Positions 20,978 through 33,129 are shown, counted from the stretch's first letter. The stretch is DNA of 64,000 nucleotides from Podarcis muralis (GCF_964188315.1 NC_135666.1:1674001-1738000); one strand, 5' to 3'. Notes: a model not told the origin generated them from the sequence alone. Translations and numbers: made by a program.

Positions 20978-22957
20978 TCAGACGATCACAGGCTCCCGGA
21001 CGCTGTTCTGCCTCTTCACCACAAACAGCTTCTGACCAGATATGGTCACAAGGAAGGAGTGCTCCCCAAACACCACTGGGGGGACGAAAGAGAGAGAGAC
21101 CCCAGTAAGGGTGTTAGGAGAGACGAGACCCCCCAGCAGGGTGCTTGGGTGCATTTATGTACTTTTTCATATATTTATACACAGTCTGGTTATAATAAAA
21201 CCTCAAAGCAGTATATAATATTATCACTGAGGAAGATTAACAGCAGCAATTTTAAACTTTCAAAAAGTTAATATAGACTAAAAACTGATTTAAACTGGCA
21301 TCAATTCTGTGAACACCAGGGCGGGTTGTTTTGCATGTTTTTTAGCAGGCATCGAGAAGAGTGCAACTGAAGGCATCTGCCTAGCATCCATAGGCAGGGA
21401 GTTCCAGAGTTTAGGTGCTGCCACATTAAGTGATCAAGTTCATACAACTGCAGTATTATGTGGCACCTGTAGCCAGCCTAAGTGGTCAGGTTGGCACATG
21501 CGGGCTCAGGCGATCTCCCAGGTAAACCGGTCCCAAGTTGTTAAGGGCTTTACATTCTAATTGTGCCACCTTAAACTTGGCCTGGTAGGAAATGGGCAGC
21601 CAGTGCAGATCTCTGAGTACAAGTGTTATATGCTGACGAGGCCTCACTCCTGCATCCTGCACCGACAGCAGTTTCAAGGAAGCCCCACACAGAGCACACT
21701 GCAGAACAACCTCACTTGCTCCCCACTCCTTCACTGATGGGGCAGTCACCCCATTTCCTCCTCACATCCCTCTGAGGTAGGTCAGGCTCAGTGACAGGAA
21801 GGTGCTTCTCCCAAGGAAGACCATTCAGTCCATTGAGCCCAGTGCTGTCTTCACTGACTGGCCGTGAATCCACTATAGGGTCCTCCGCAGACATACCTGG
21901 AGTTGCCATTACGGAGCCCCCATGGGACCTTCTGCATGCAAGGCAGGTGCCATGGCTCAGGGGAGGGGTGCTGAGCCTTCCCTCCCCACCATCCTAGCTC
22001 TCCCCACCACCTGCCTGGCTCTCCTTTAGGGTTTGGTGAAAGGGGGCAAGAACAGGACGCATCAGGGAAGCTCCTAGTTCAGCTCTACACGGGGGAGGGA
22101 GAAGAGCAGACGCCAAGAGGGGCCAAGGCTCCCCTGAGGCTCCCCGACCTTCCCCACCAAAAGTGTGGGATGCAGCCCCTTTCCCCTTTGTATCCAGGGA
22201 GGCCCCACGGAGGAAGCCCGCCTGGCAAGTGCTGGGGGTGGTCCTGCCCCCTTCTCACCAGAGATACGCCTGAAGGGCACCTCGGGGCAGCGGGGCAGGC
22301 GGAAAGCGCAGGCCGTGTTCACCAGCTCTGAGATCACCCCAGCCGTCCGCTCGTCGTTCTCCAGGTCGCCCGAAGACTGGCAGGGAGAAAAAGAAGAGGA
22401 GTCCTTTGTCAGCAGGCATCTCGGGGCATCCCTGCCACCCGCCTCTTCTCCCTGCAAGGGGATCCTGAGGCGGCCCATGTGCTTTGCCGCCCGCATTTAA
22501 CTCTCCCCTGACAACAGCCCTGCGAGGTCGGCTAGGCTGAGAATAAATAATAATAATAATAATAATTTATTATTCATACCCCGCCCATCTGGCTGGGCGG
22601 CTCCTACTCGAATATTAAAAGCACAATAGAGGATTAAACATTACAAACTTCCCTAAATAGCCTGCCTCCCCCCCCCCCCAATATAAGGAGCTCTGCTTCC
22701 CAGGAGAGGGGGGAGCCCCGGCCTCTCCCCGCTCCTAGAGGGGCGTCTCCGTGTCCCAAGGCCCCTCCTCACCGCCAGCACCGCCCCGTCGCAGATGACC
22801 AGGTAGCCGGTCTGGTCGGGGACCCGCTCCAGCCCCTGAGTCAGCGCCGCCGTCGCCGCCTGAGGGAGGGAGAGAGAGAGAGAGAGTCAGGGGGCGGGGG
22901 GTCAGCGGGGGGGTCCCCTCCCCTTCCCCTCCCGCGGGGGGGGGAGCCGCCCACCAT
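20978..22957 (-). CDS. LAMTOR4: Ragulator complex protein LAMTOR4, 101 aa; exons 22957-22955 (ATG only), 22859-22773, 22376-22259, 21075-20978
   Basis: Spliced product [101 protein letters not shown] matches the vertebrate LAMTOR4 sequence as I recall it; GT-AG junctions; AATAAA on the minus strand at 20737-20742. Confidence 0.95.
21300..21700 (-). mobile_element. L2 3' fragment in LAMTOR4 intron 3
   Basis: Minus-strand [40 protein letters not shown]. Confidence 0.7.
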
Positions 22958-23250
22958 CGCCGCCGCCGCCGAAGCTCCGTCCCGTGACCGAGCCCTCCGG
23001 TGCCGCCTCGAACAACTTCCCCAACCTTGACTTCCGGCGGAAGCGGGCGGATAAAGGACGTCTCCGCTCTAGTCCTCGGGGCTCTCTTAGCGGATGGGAG
23101 GGAGCGCCGCTCTAGGACTTTGGAGCCTCTCCGTGGTGGAAGCCAGCTTAAGGCCGGTGCGGGGGGGGCTCCTCACTGCGCCTGCGCGAAGCCTCGCTGC
23201 CAAAATCTCCCGCTCGAAGCCCGCCTTTTCCCTTCCTTTTGAGGGGGGGG
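22740..23250 (-). promoter_or_regulatory. LAMTOR4 CpG-island promoter with a palindromic ETS/GABP-type site (23031-23043) and an NRF1-like site (23177-23188)
   Basis: CpG-dense sequence; cttccggcggaag and tgcgcctgcgcg lie just upstream of the ATG exon. Confidence 0.6.
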
Positions 23251-23819
23251 GGGGGGAAACCCGCCTTTTTCCTCTGACAGAAAAATAGCTGGAGCTGGAA
23301 AACGCGGGGAGGTGGGGGAGGAAGAGCCCTGAAAGGCGCAGGAAACAGTAATGGGAGTAAAATGTGTAAAAGGTCTAGGAAAGCCTCCAGCTCCTCGCAA
23401 TGGTCCCTATTGTGAATTAACTTTATTTGTTTGCCCCTGAAGGTCCCTGAAAGAGCAGCAGGATAAAGCAAGACGAATAGGAGCTCCTGATAACAGAGGC
23501 ACAATATAACCTCACAGGCAGGTTCACTGTCATCCTTTGTATCTGAAGATGAAGAGGGGTTCACAGCGCAAAAGGCGAAATAAACACAAAAGCACAAAAT
23601 ACGCAATTGGAACCAGAAGAAACCTGCAACTCCCTGGCCCCACACACGAGACACATTGAAACCTGGTGGGATGAGAGACCCATGGCTGGACTGTAGGGCT
23701 CTTCTTTCTCCCTTTCTACCCCATTGTTCCTGAGCATTTGGCCAGGAAGGGGGGACAACGCTTTCTTTGGCCCTTTGCTCCAAGTCGACAGGTATAACCA
23801 CTTCAAAGGGAAGACACCG

Positions 23820-24265
23820 AGCAGGAAGGCAGCAGCAGGAGGAGGAGCGTTCTCTGCAAAGGATGTGTAGGTACACCTGTGAAGAAATCCATGATCTGGA
23901 GCATGGAAAGGTCATGGAGAGTATAGGACAAATGTCAGGTTCTGCACTTAAGGCAGGAAGAAGCAGCTGCACAAATATAGGATGTGGGACACCTGGCTTA
24001 CGAGCAGCACATCTGAAAAGCATCTAGGGGTCTTGATGGAGCACAAGCTGGACACGAGTCCACTGTGCGATGCAGCAGCAAAAAAAGCAAATGCTATTCT
24101 AGGCTGCATCAACAAATGTCTAGTGTCCAGATCAAGGGAGGTCATGGTCCATCTCTATTCTGCCTTGGTCAGACCACACCTAGAATCCTGTGTTCAGTTC
24201 TGGGTACCACAATTTAAGAAGGATGTTGACAAGCTGGAAGGTGGGCAGAGGAGGGCAACCAAGAT
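23820..24265 (+). mobile_element. Decayed, internally deleted CR1 ORF2 fragment
   Basis: ggatgtgtag..acacctgtgaagaaatccatgatctggag (EN DVYTCEEI.DLE) joined to EKHLGVL...[12 protein letters not shown]...RPHLESCVQFW. Confidence 0.75.
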
Positions 24266-24269
24266 TGCC

Positions 24270-24485
24270 CAGCTGTGAGTCTTGAAGGCCGCTCCCTGCA
24301 AGGCCTTTTCCCACCTGGCCTAGGGGGCGAGAATCAGACTCACCCCGCTCTGCTTTAGACTCCTGGGAAGCTGGAGGGACATTGCCCAGCTATGCGTCTT
24401 GAAGAGCCCAGACTCACTGGAACAAACTCTAGGGTTGGGGCAAATGCTGAAAACGCTTTTAAATGTTTTAAAGGGGTTTTTGTGG
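24270..24485 (+). mobile_element. Fragment homologous to the 5' region of the L2 at 2206-2380
   Basis: Shared gtgagt...gaaggcc...ccacctggcctagggggcg and the downstream T-rich tract. Confidence 0.55.
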
Positions 24486-24672
24486 CGTTTCGAAATTTGG
24501 TTTAAGCAGCTTCTGCAGGTCGAGTTTCAACGCAGTGAGTTCCTGGAGCTTCTCCAGCTTTGGGCTGATCTTTTCGTTCTGCTGCTCCGGCACAATGATT
24601 CTTTCCAGCACCTGGGCCATTTGGCTGCTGCTTCCCTGAGGCTGCAGCTTAGTTTCTCATTTTCCTTCATGA

Positions 24673-25399
24673 TGTTACCGGAAAAATCCGAGGGCTCCCT
24701 TGGACAAAACAAAGACACCAACCAGGATAACTTGGAGCAAAACAGCAGCCTGTAGGCTTGGCCTTTATTGAACTGTTGCAACAGGGTGTTCCCCTCACTT
24801 GCAGGAGAGAGGAAAGACCCAGAAAGATGGTGTGCAAGACCTTATAAAAACTTTTGAAATTCCCCTCCTCTAGGTCAAGCCCACCCCCAGAAACATCATG
24901 CATACATTACAGAAAGGAGGGGTTGAGGGAGGAGTTGGTGGTGGTAACCTGAGTGTCCTGTCACCTGGCTGGTTCCTCCTTTCCCCCCTCCCCATGAGTC
25001 ACTTCCAGGAGACAAAGGGGAGTTGGCAGTTTCCTGCCCCCAGAGGGAAGATCTGATCATTGTCCTTTGTTTCAGTCCATGCTGAATCCACTCCCATATG
25101 CAAGTTCTTTGTGATCTTGATTGCCTTCTGTCTGGGATCATCAGGGTTGGCATAGCAACGGGGCAGGGCTCCTGTGGATGTGCTGGGATGGTGAAGTGAT
25201 TATGGCTGACCAGAACCAAGCCACCCCCCTTTGATAGTCCTTGTCATATGGAGTAAAATAAAATGGAACAGTGCAAATCCGATATGTGGTTGATTTTTTA
25301 TGAATTTATAACAGAAGGGTAGCGTATGTAGTGTGTGAGTGTGAGTGTGTGTGAAGTTTGTACAAACTGAATGATGGGTGGGGTGGGTTTCCTGCTACA
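24673..25399 (-). mobile_element. Solo LTR (727 bp) inside the KIF4 retrocopy
   Basis: TG...CA termini (minus strand tgtagc...gtaaca), 4-bp TSD ATGA (24669-24672 and 25400-25403), minus-strand AATAAA ~90 bp from the 3' end. Confidence 0.85.
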
Positions 25400-25575
25400 A
25401 TGAGGGAGTGATTTTTCTCCTTCAGAAATTGCACCTTTTCTGAGGACCCACAAACCATAGACACTGGAAGGGTCCCTCCATGAGGTCTGCAGCAGTAAGA
25501 CCTGCAGCTTTAGCCGGCTAATCTCTGCTGCCTGATGATCAGTGTCCACTATCGGCTTGTTCTTAATTTTCTGGC

Positions 25576-26221
25576 TGTTACGGAAGGGGGGGGCATGTCT
25601 TCTTCACTACAAATATTTGCTCAATTTCTCTAGGACTCCATCACCCCTGCTCAATTTCTCTAGGACTCCATCACCCCTCCCCTGTCCTCCATAATCTCTC
25701 AAGTAAGGTGTCAAGACCCTAATCCTGTCAAAATCACTCTGCCAAACCTTTCCTCCTGGCAATGCCAGGTGACAGACTACGCATACATGGACCATTGTCT
25801 TCTCAGGATGTGCTTATCTGCGCATATCTCCAGCTCTGCATATTCCCCCCTCCCTCCTCCATATCTCCAGCTCTCTGCATATTCCCCCCTCCCTCCTCCA
25901 TATGTTAATCCAGTGTAACCCAACCTCTCCTTAATGTATTCATGATGTAATCTGTGTAACCCAACCTTTCCTTAATGTATTCATGATGTAACTGGGATGC
26001 ATTTTGCACTGTATTCTGGGACATGGAGGGAGTTTCAAAAGTTCATGTCACCCCTTTTTCGCTGTTCAATCTCGTCTTGAACCTGTTGCGCAATAAACTT
26101 GGATCTTCTGCAGTTTGCTCCTGTCCGGCTGAGCTCATTTTCTTCCGCAGGGACCCGCGGACTTACTTAGTCCGACGAGCTGGGTGGCAGGGTAGCCCCG
26201 CACCCAGATTTAGCCGTAACA
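25576..26221 (+). repeat. 5' LTR
   Basis: TGTTACGG...CCGTAACA; AATAAA at 26092-26097; three tandem duplications in U3. Confidence 0.93.
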
Positions 26222-26223
26222 GT

Positions 26224-26242
26224 TGGCAGCCCAACGTGGGGC
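26224..26242 (+). promoter_or_regulatory. Primer-binding site, tRNA-Lys(1,2)-like
   Basis: tggcagcccaacgtggggc equals the canonical TGGCGCCCAACGTGGGGC with one extra A, 2 nt after the LTR end. Confidence 0.8.
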
Positions 26243-26434
26243 TGGCGGTTCTCCCGCGTTGCTGACCGGGCCCCCCGAAATCTTCAGCCGGCACCAGGCC
26301 ATTTTGCCTGGGAAGATCCTTTGGACCCCCGGCCATCTTCCGGGCGGTAATCGAAAGCCCCAGGAGTTCAGCCAGGGAGCAAAGAGGGATCCAGCCGGCT
26401 TATTCATCGATCCCGGGATCATCATAGAAGACAC

Positions 26435-26440
26435 GTGAGT
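26435..26440 (+). promoter_or_regulatory. Putative major splice donor in the element leader
   Basis: cac|GTGAGT ~190 nt after the PBS, the usual position for a retroviral leader donor. Confidence 0.5.
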
Positions 26441-29400
26441 ATAAGGAAAAGGAAAATCCAGTGCACTGGTGGGAAGGGGGTGGAAATCTCTTGGCAACTG
26501 AATTCTCTGCCCTCCTCTCTATCGATCCTTCTTACCTTTCTCTTGGTCCGGTTAGTGAGAGAGAATGTGGACCGCTGCTCGACCCAAAAGGGGGGTTCTG
26601 AGCTCTATCTCTTTCTCCTCTCAAACCCTCCAGTCAGCCGCACCAATTGAGAGTCCGAAAGTAAGACGGAGAGACCCGGCTTGGAAAGACAGCCGACTCT
26701 CCGCAACGGGCATCTCAGTTGAAAGCAAGGGGCTGGAGTTCTTCTTCCGAACTTCCCGAGCGCCCTTACGGAGGGGGCAGGAAGTGGTCTTGCTTTCTAT
26801 CCCAATCCCAGCCGCACTGGTCGGTGCCACGTAACACGTGTATCGTGCGTGAGCCCGCTTCCAAAAGCAAGGGGGATTTTCAGTTCAAAATTCTATCCAA
26901 GGATCACCCGATCTGGCACCGCATGGCACGGGCGTCCAGTAGGGCCCCTTTTCCTGAGATTGTGATGATAGGTAGGAGGTTGCCAGGAGGGATAGCCCAT
27001 GAGGAATTGGGCAGGATCGGCAGAGTGGAAAAGGACCCCAGGTTATTGAATAGGAAATAGGAAAGGAATAGAAAAAGGAACCGAGTGGGTGAGGCTCGTT
27101 AAATTGTTAAGAAGTTGCCAAGCAACAAGGAAAAGAAAAAACCCTAAATAGCCCCCTGTACAAGTTACCCAAATCCAAATCAACCCCTCTCTTTCTCCCT
27201 TCTCTATCCCAGAAAAAAAAGAAAAAACAACAACAAAAAAGCAACAACAATGCATGCATATATAAAGGGGTACCCAGTCAACTAAGCAGTGTGAGCCCTG
27301 CCAGTTTGGTTAACTGGTTGTGTCTGAAGAGGCAAGGAGGCTCTTAAAACCATGTGGGACCTTCCTACTAATTTCACTTAATGAAGCAAAAGGGAGCGGC
27401 CCAACTCCTTGCAATAACCAACTAATGAGAATATATATGTTTACATGTTGTCTGTTATGTGTGTTGTCTGTTAATACATATATGAAAATATGTATGTTTA
27501 CATGTTGTCTGTTACGTGTGTTGTCTGTTCCTTCTGTCTCTGACAGACTGCCTTTCTTAAGTGTGCATAGTTTAAACTGCAAGCTTGCTTCAAAAGTTAA
27601 ATCTAAGGAAGCCATGCTGGATCTTAGCAGTCCTGAATAAGACAAAATGAGAATGGAGGGTGCAAATGTTTGTTATTTGAGAGAGGCTCCGAAGAGTCTT
27701 TCTCCGAGTAGTTTAAGTGAGGAGGGTGATTTTAAGTCTAGTGGTAAATGATGTTTTGTTGTAACTTTTGAGTTTGTGAGTGTACATCCGTGTTCCAGTC
27801 TTTTGTTCCAGTATTTTGAAATGTGCTGTGAAAAAAACTAATGTTTCTGCTGCAAAAGCCTAGTTGAGCCAACTGCTCTCTCAAGCTAAAATGCAGTGTA
27901 TGTATTTCATTAAGCATATGCCTATGAAGGTATGGTGTTCTTTCTGAGAAAAATTGATATTAAATGTAGAGGCTTCAATGGCCAGCAAAATTGTCTATCT
28001 GAGTCCAGTCCTGATATCAGTCTCTATAAGACTTCCTGGCCTCTTTCCTTAGAAAATGCCCCCCTTGTTTCATTCTGTCTCTTTCAGTTTTTTCTCCCTC
28101 CTTACTTCTGTGCCAGGTAAATTTACTCCTGAGTAAGCTTCCTTTAAAGGAAACTGAAAATAGGGGGGAGCAATCTTTCCTAAGGTACCCTGCATCTCAC
28201 TTTCCTAAAAAATAATAATCTAAATTAGGCTTACTATTCCTCTGCAAGTTCAAGAAAAATTGTTCACTTTTGTATTCCTTTTAAATCAAATATATGGCTG
28301 TTTTAACTATACTTGCACTCTTTAGTCTAAGGAAGAAACTCATTATAAAGTTGGGTACTTTTATTTTCCTCTTCCTTAGTACATGATAGGCGCATGGCTT
28401 GTGATCGGTGCATGGCTTGTGGTCTCTTCCCCAGTAGTGCCTGTGTACATAAGTATGTGTGTGTCTCTTTGGTAGTACAAATCTTGCTGTGAAACCTTGC
28501 TGTGAACCCTATAATTCGGAGGGTTGGACTAGATGACCCCAGGGTCCCTTTCAGCTCTCCCAATTTGTGGCTGTGTGGAAGGACATGTGTCCACAGGCAC
28601 TGGAGGGTAATTCTTAAATTCTGGTGTGGTGATGGAGTTGAAATTCGGCCTAGCTTTGCTCTTTAGTTTAAAGGGTGAGAGGTAAAGCTGTGATGTTTTG
28701 AAGCACAACTGGTAATATCAAGCATTTGAATGATTACAGTGTTTATCATTTTGTCTACTATTTAAAAATCAGACTTAAACTCTGGCTATTTCCCCCATAT
28801 ATAAGGGCGTGGCATTGTTCCATGAATAGCCAGAGGGATATTAGCCCTTCCCTGTACATAAAGGAAGCAGTCCCTTTGCTTGGGCTGAAATTGCTAGTTT
28901 TGGTGAATACTTGAATTGCTGAGTTTCTCTTTTTTGTTTTAAAATCTAACCCTATTTTTTAAATCTACTCCTTACCCTTCATTACCTTTATTCAAATGGT
29001 AATTTAGCCAAAAGATGCAACATTTTCAATAGTATAAAAGGTTTGCTGAGACATGAACTCTGCACATGCACGGAGGCTAGATCAATCAAAAAAAAAAAAA
29101 GGAGAGAGAGAGAGAGAGGAAGGAGGGGGAACTGTAGGGGGGAGAGAGGAGGTTTGGAGGGTGTGTACTGCAGGGAGAAAACTTATCCAAATTTCCTTAT
29201 GTAAAACTTGGAACCATTGAGGGAAATCACCATTACTGTGTCTTGCTCCAGAGGCTACGTAAGACAAAAAAAAAAAAAGTTAAGTACTGGACCATCAAAA
29301 GTCAAGAGGTTGCCAAGTTTCAAATCTTAACATGCCAAATTCCTTTCACAGGTAAATATCAAAGCATTCCCCCTTCAATGGGATTTAAATCACAGACTTT

Positions 29401-29943
29401 GTTTGTGTGCATTTTAGGAACAGCATTCCTGACAGGCTTCTCACATGAAATAATTTTCCCTTTTAACAGGATATGTGAACCCCGATAACAAAGTGTTTGT
29501 CCCTTTTTTTTCCTCCCACAGCGACTTTCTTTCTATTCCGTGAAACAAGTCTGAATCCCTGTTATATTAGTGACTTCTATCTCTTTGTGGCTTTGACACT
29601 TTTAAAATTACAAATAATCTGTTTTCATTTATTTAATCCGTTTTTCCATGATGTCTATGAAGTTAATCGAAGCACAATCAAACATTGTTTGTGGAATGGT
29701 ATTTGTTTACCTTTTGCCTGAGCATTTCTTATTAATTCTGTCATTTTGGCTAGTTCAAGGTACTTGCACAACTTTAAATTGCCATTCATTTTTTCTTGGT
29801 ATTAAGTCATTTCCCAGTATTTTGCTATTAACATTCTAGCCGATGTTGTCACATTAAGAAACACTCTTTTATTTTCATTGTTACTTCAGATTTCTTAAAA
29901 CTGTGTGTCTTAGCATTTATTTATTTTTGGTTCCTCATAGGTC

Positions 29944-29945
<2 letters not shown>

Positions 29946-29986
<41 letters not shown>
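29946..29986. repeat. (TG)n microsatellite inside the LTR element
   Basis: Perfect TG run. Confidence 0.95.
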
Positions 29987-29989
<3 letters not shown>

Positions 29990-32055
29990 ATTGTTATTTT
30001 AACCATGTATTTTTTTTTTACAGTTCTCTTTCTCTACATATGGAGTAATTTTTTATTTAATAATATGGGAGGGAGAAGAAAAACCAAAGTGAAGGAAAGC
30101 AAACAAACTTAACAGATAATAACAGTAATTATATGGAAATGTGATAATAATATTGAAATGAATAAAATGCTTATTCCACTAAGATTTTGTTATTTGCAGC
30201 TTCCCCCAAACCCTGCCCCTTACAGGATATCACTTCTACAGATGTGCGATGATGAAAAAGCAGCAACAACCCCTCAACTCAGTTCTTCACCAACAGACAC
30301 CAGTTTTCAAAGTGCCCACAGCTATCTTCTTTCAAAGGATACAGACTGACGGGGGAGTGGGGCTGACAAAGGGGGGAGGAGTTGAATTGCAAAGACATTT
30401 TTTTCACTTTTGAGATACATACGTAAAGGATCACAATTGTCTCAATATGCAACTGATATTTAATTAGTTTGTTTTGTGTATTATGTGTTATTATGTAGGA
30501 ATGTTGAAGTGTGTCTGATTATGTGTTATCTCCACAAAGGGAAAAATTTCTGTATAATGTAACATACATAACTATGAACAGCAGAAGGATATGGCTTACA
30601 CCCCAAGTCTTCATGGAGGACTCCCATATATTACAATGCTTTCCAATAGAGCAGACTATACTTAGATTAAGTCAACTGATGATCATATTTCCTTGTCCCA
30701 CCTGGCACTCTGCAGAGTGCCAACCTTCCCTACCTATTTATTTATGTATTTAATGTTTTCCTATACATGAAGTTCCCAGATTTTTACTATTTCTTTCTTT
30801 CTGTTCCAGAAAACTATTTCAAATCTTTTCTATGACTTCTCTGCATCTCTTGCAGATTCAGTACTGTCTTCAAGTAGCAATTGTTCTGTATTTATTTACT
30901 TATTAATCTTGGTTTTCCCGTATAGCTGTGAAATTAATCTAACCACAACCAAGTATTATTATCGGAACCATATTTTATCAGGTAGATTTGAAGCAACGCT
31001 CCTTATTATTATTTGAGATGTTTTGATTAGGATGCCAGATGAAATTGGGTGTAGATCATGTCCCAAATTTTATTTATTTATTTGAGGACACGACTACCAT
31101 ATGTTATATTATTATTGATAACAAGAAACGTGTATATGCCTTGATGTAGCAAGAATGGTCCCTTATAGAGTTAAATTGACTCATTTGGACAAATGCCCCC
31201 TTAAAGAATGGCTTTGGTTTTAACATATTGGTTTTGAAAAGTTGAGAACCACGGGGCAAGATAAATTCAAATTGGACTCTACTGGAATTGGGCACGTGTA
31301 TCCAGGCTGCAACTAGCTTTTGGTCCTTTAAGAGCAAGTGGACAACTTTCCATGAGTGCGAGACCAGAGCCTGCAATAATGAAAAACCCCATAGAAAGAC
31401 CAAGGCGAAGACATATCTCTCATGATGTGTCCAAGCCTGTGCCAGCTATGGTGAGTGCCAGGCGACACGGTTAAATGAAAGCCCTGAGGGGATTCAACAG
31501 GATGTGTTACTGTACCACTATGCCGGTGTGAGACCACAGAAGAGCTAGCTTGGCACCTGAAAACACAAAAACGGTGGGGCTAAAAAGCAAACTGCATTTT
31601 TTTTCCCAGTCAGTAGTGGACCTTCCTGCTAAATGTAAAGCATACACCACTATTGAAAGTGTTTCTCCCAAGAGCTAGGGTGCCACAAGTAATTTAGTAA
31701 CAAAATACAACAGATTTTTTTTAATATAATACCCTATACGCAGCTACCTGCACTGCTATACTTGCAAATGACCGTAAGAGGCATGGCTTGCAAGTCCCTT
31801 TCAGCTTTGCATAAACCCACACATCTGGTACGGTAGATACCAAGTTATTATTTAGCGCATATATATAACACGCATGTACATTGTATTCGTCCGTGTTGCT
31901 CCCTCTTTTGCTGCCCTGCTCAACCCACCTCCTTTTCCATTAGAGCCTATTCCCACCCACAGGGCACCCCTACATTCACCAAGATTTAGGGTGCGGAGAA
32001 AAGATTTGCAAGTTCTTACAGAACTTTAATGCAAATCTATCTCCGAATGGGGGAC

Positions 32056-32701
32056 TGTTACGGAAGGGGGGGGCATGTCTTCTTCACTACAAATATTTGC
32101 TCAATTTCTCTAGGACTCCATCACCCCTGCTCAATTTCTCTAGGACTCCATCACCCCTCCCCTGTCCTCCATAATCTCTCAAGTAAGGTGTCAAGACCCT
32201 AATCCTGTCAAAATCACTCTGCCAAACCTTTCCTCCTGGCAATGCCAGGTGACAGACTACGCATACATGGACCATTGTCTTCTCAGGATGTGCTTATCTG
32301 CGCATATCTCCAGCTCTGCATATTCCCCCCTCCCTCCTCCATATCTCCAGCTCTCTGCATATTCCCCCCTCCCTCCTCCATATGTTAATCCAGTGTAACC
32401 CAACCTCTCCTTAATGTATTCATGATGTAATCTGTGTAACCCAACCTTTCCTTAATGTATTCATGATGTAACTGGGATGCATTTTGCACTGTATTCTGGG
32501 ACATGGAGGGAGTTTCAAAAGTTCATGTCACCCCTTTTTCGCTGTTCAATCTCGTCTTGAACCTGTTGCGCAATAAACTTGGATCTTCTGCAGTTTGCTC
32601 CTGTCTGGCTGAGCTCATTTTCTTCCGCAGGGACCCGCGGACTTACTTAGTCCGACGAGCTGGGTGGCAGAGTAGCCCCGCACCCAGATTTAGCCGTAAC
32701 A
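32056..32701 (+). repeat. 3' LTR
   Basis: Identical to the 5' LTR by eye except at 26126/32606 (C/T) and 26191/32671 (G/A); preceded by gaatgggggac. Confidence 0.93.
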
Positions 32702-33129
32702 CTGGCCCTATCAGCATAGCATAGTCTCTTCAAGGTTGGAATCTCCTGGGCTCACACAGGCAACCATCAAGCTGTGGCTATTGCTTCCCAAGGAATCTTG
32801 CAAAAGGTGTGTTAACTTGGAGTCCTTATAAGGGACAAAATTGCCCTTTTTGGTTTCCTCCCCAAGGGTGCTGATGGCATTCCCCAGACAGAGCAGAGGA
32901 GTCCTTTGTTGATGTTGATCCCTTCCCACAGTCGATCACCTTCTACTTTGGCCTCCTTTTGCCTTTCTGAACCAGCAAGTTCTGCGGGGTGCAGCTTGGC
33001 ATGAAAACTGGTGTTCCTGACACTTGCTTTTCTGCTCAATGGTCATGGTGAACGTGGCGTGAGAGTGAGATGACTGGGTGCTCATTGCCCTGGCAGCCAC
33101 CCTTTGGGAGGATCAGATTGTTACTATTG

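Larger units (their letters stand above)
25576..32701 (+). mobile_element. Young non-autonomous ERV-like LTR element (7126 bp) with a non-coding interior
   Basis: 646-bp LTR pair, 5-bp TSD CTGGC (25571-25575 and 32702-32706), PBS after the 5' LTR, purine tract before the 3' LTR; longest internal ORF in the track is 113 aa. Confidence 0.9.
24510..33110 (-). pseudogene. KIF4: Processed (intronless) KIF4 kinesin retrocopy fragment in three pieces: ~33110-32702, 25575-25400, 24672-~24510
   Basis: [90 protein letters not shown]|RKIKNKPIV...HGGTLP...EKNHSL|MKENEKLS...QVLERII..QNEK..KLDLQKL; frameshifts present; contiguous once the two LTR inserts are removed. Confidence 0.9.

Noticed and set aside
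20845-21050. Apparent small LTR (TGTGACC...GGTCACA inverted ends)
   Set aside because: No TSD, and the segment is LAMTOR4 exon 4 plus its 3' UTR on the minus strand.
23148-24023. 291-aa minus-strand ORF upstream of LAMTOR4
   Set aside because: Runs antisense across a decayed CR1 and the promoter; no domain recognised.
25571-26242. Lentivirus or foamy virus identity suggested by the Lys PBS and 5-bp TSD
   Set aside because: These signals are shared by several LTR classes and no coding sequence is available to classify the element.
30229-30252. cttctacag|ATGTGCGATGA resembling the PDGFA last exon (DVR*) inside the LTR element
   Set aside because: The match covers only 3 codons, and neither the following UTR nor any upstream exon resembles PDGFA as far as I can judge.
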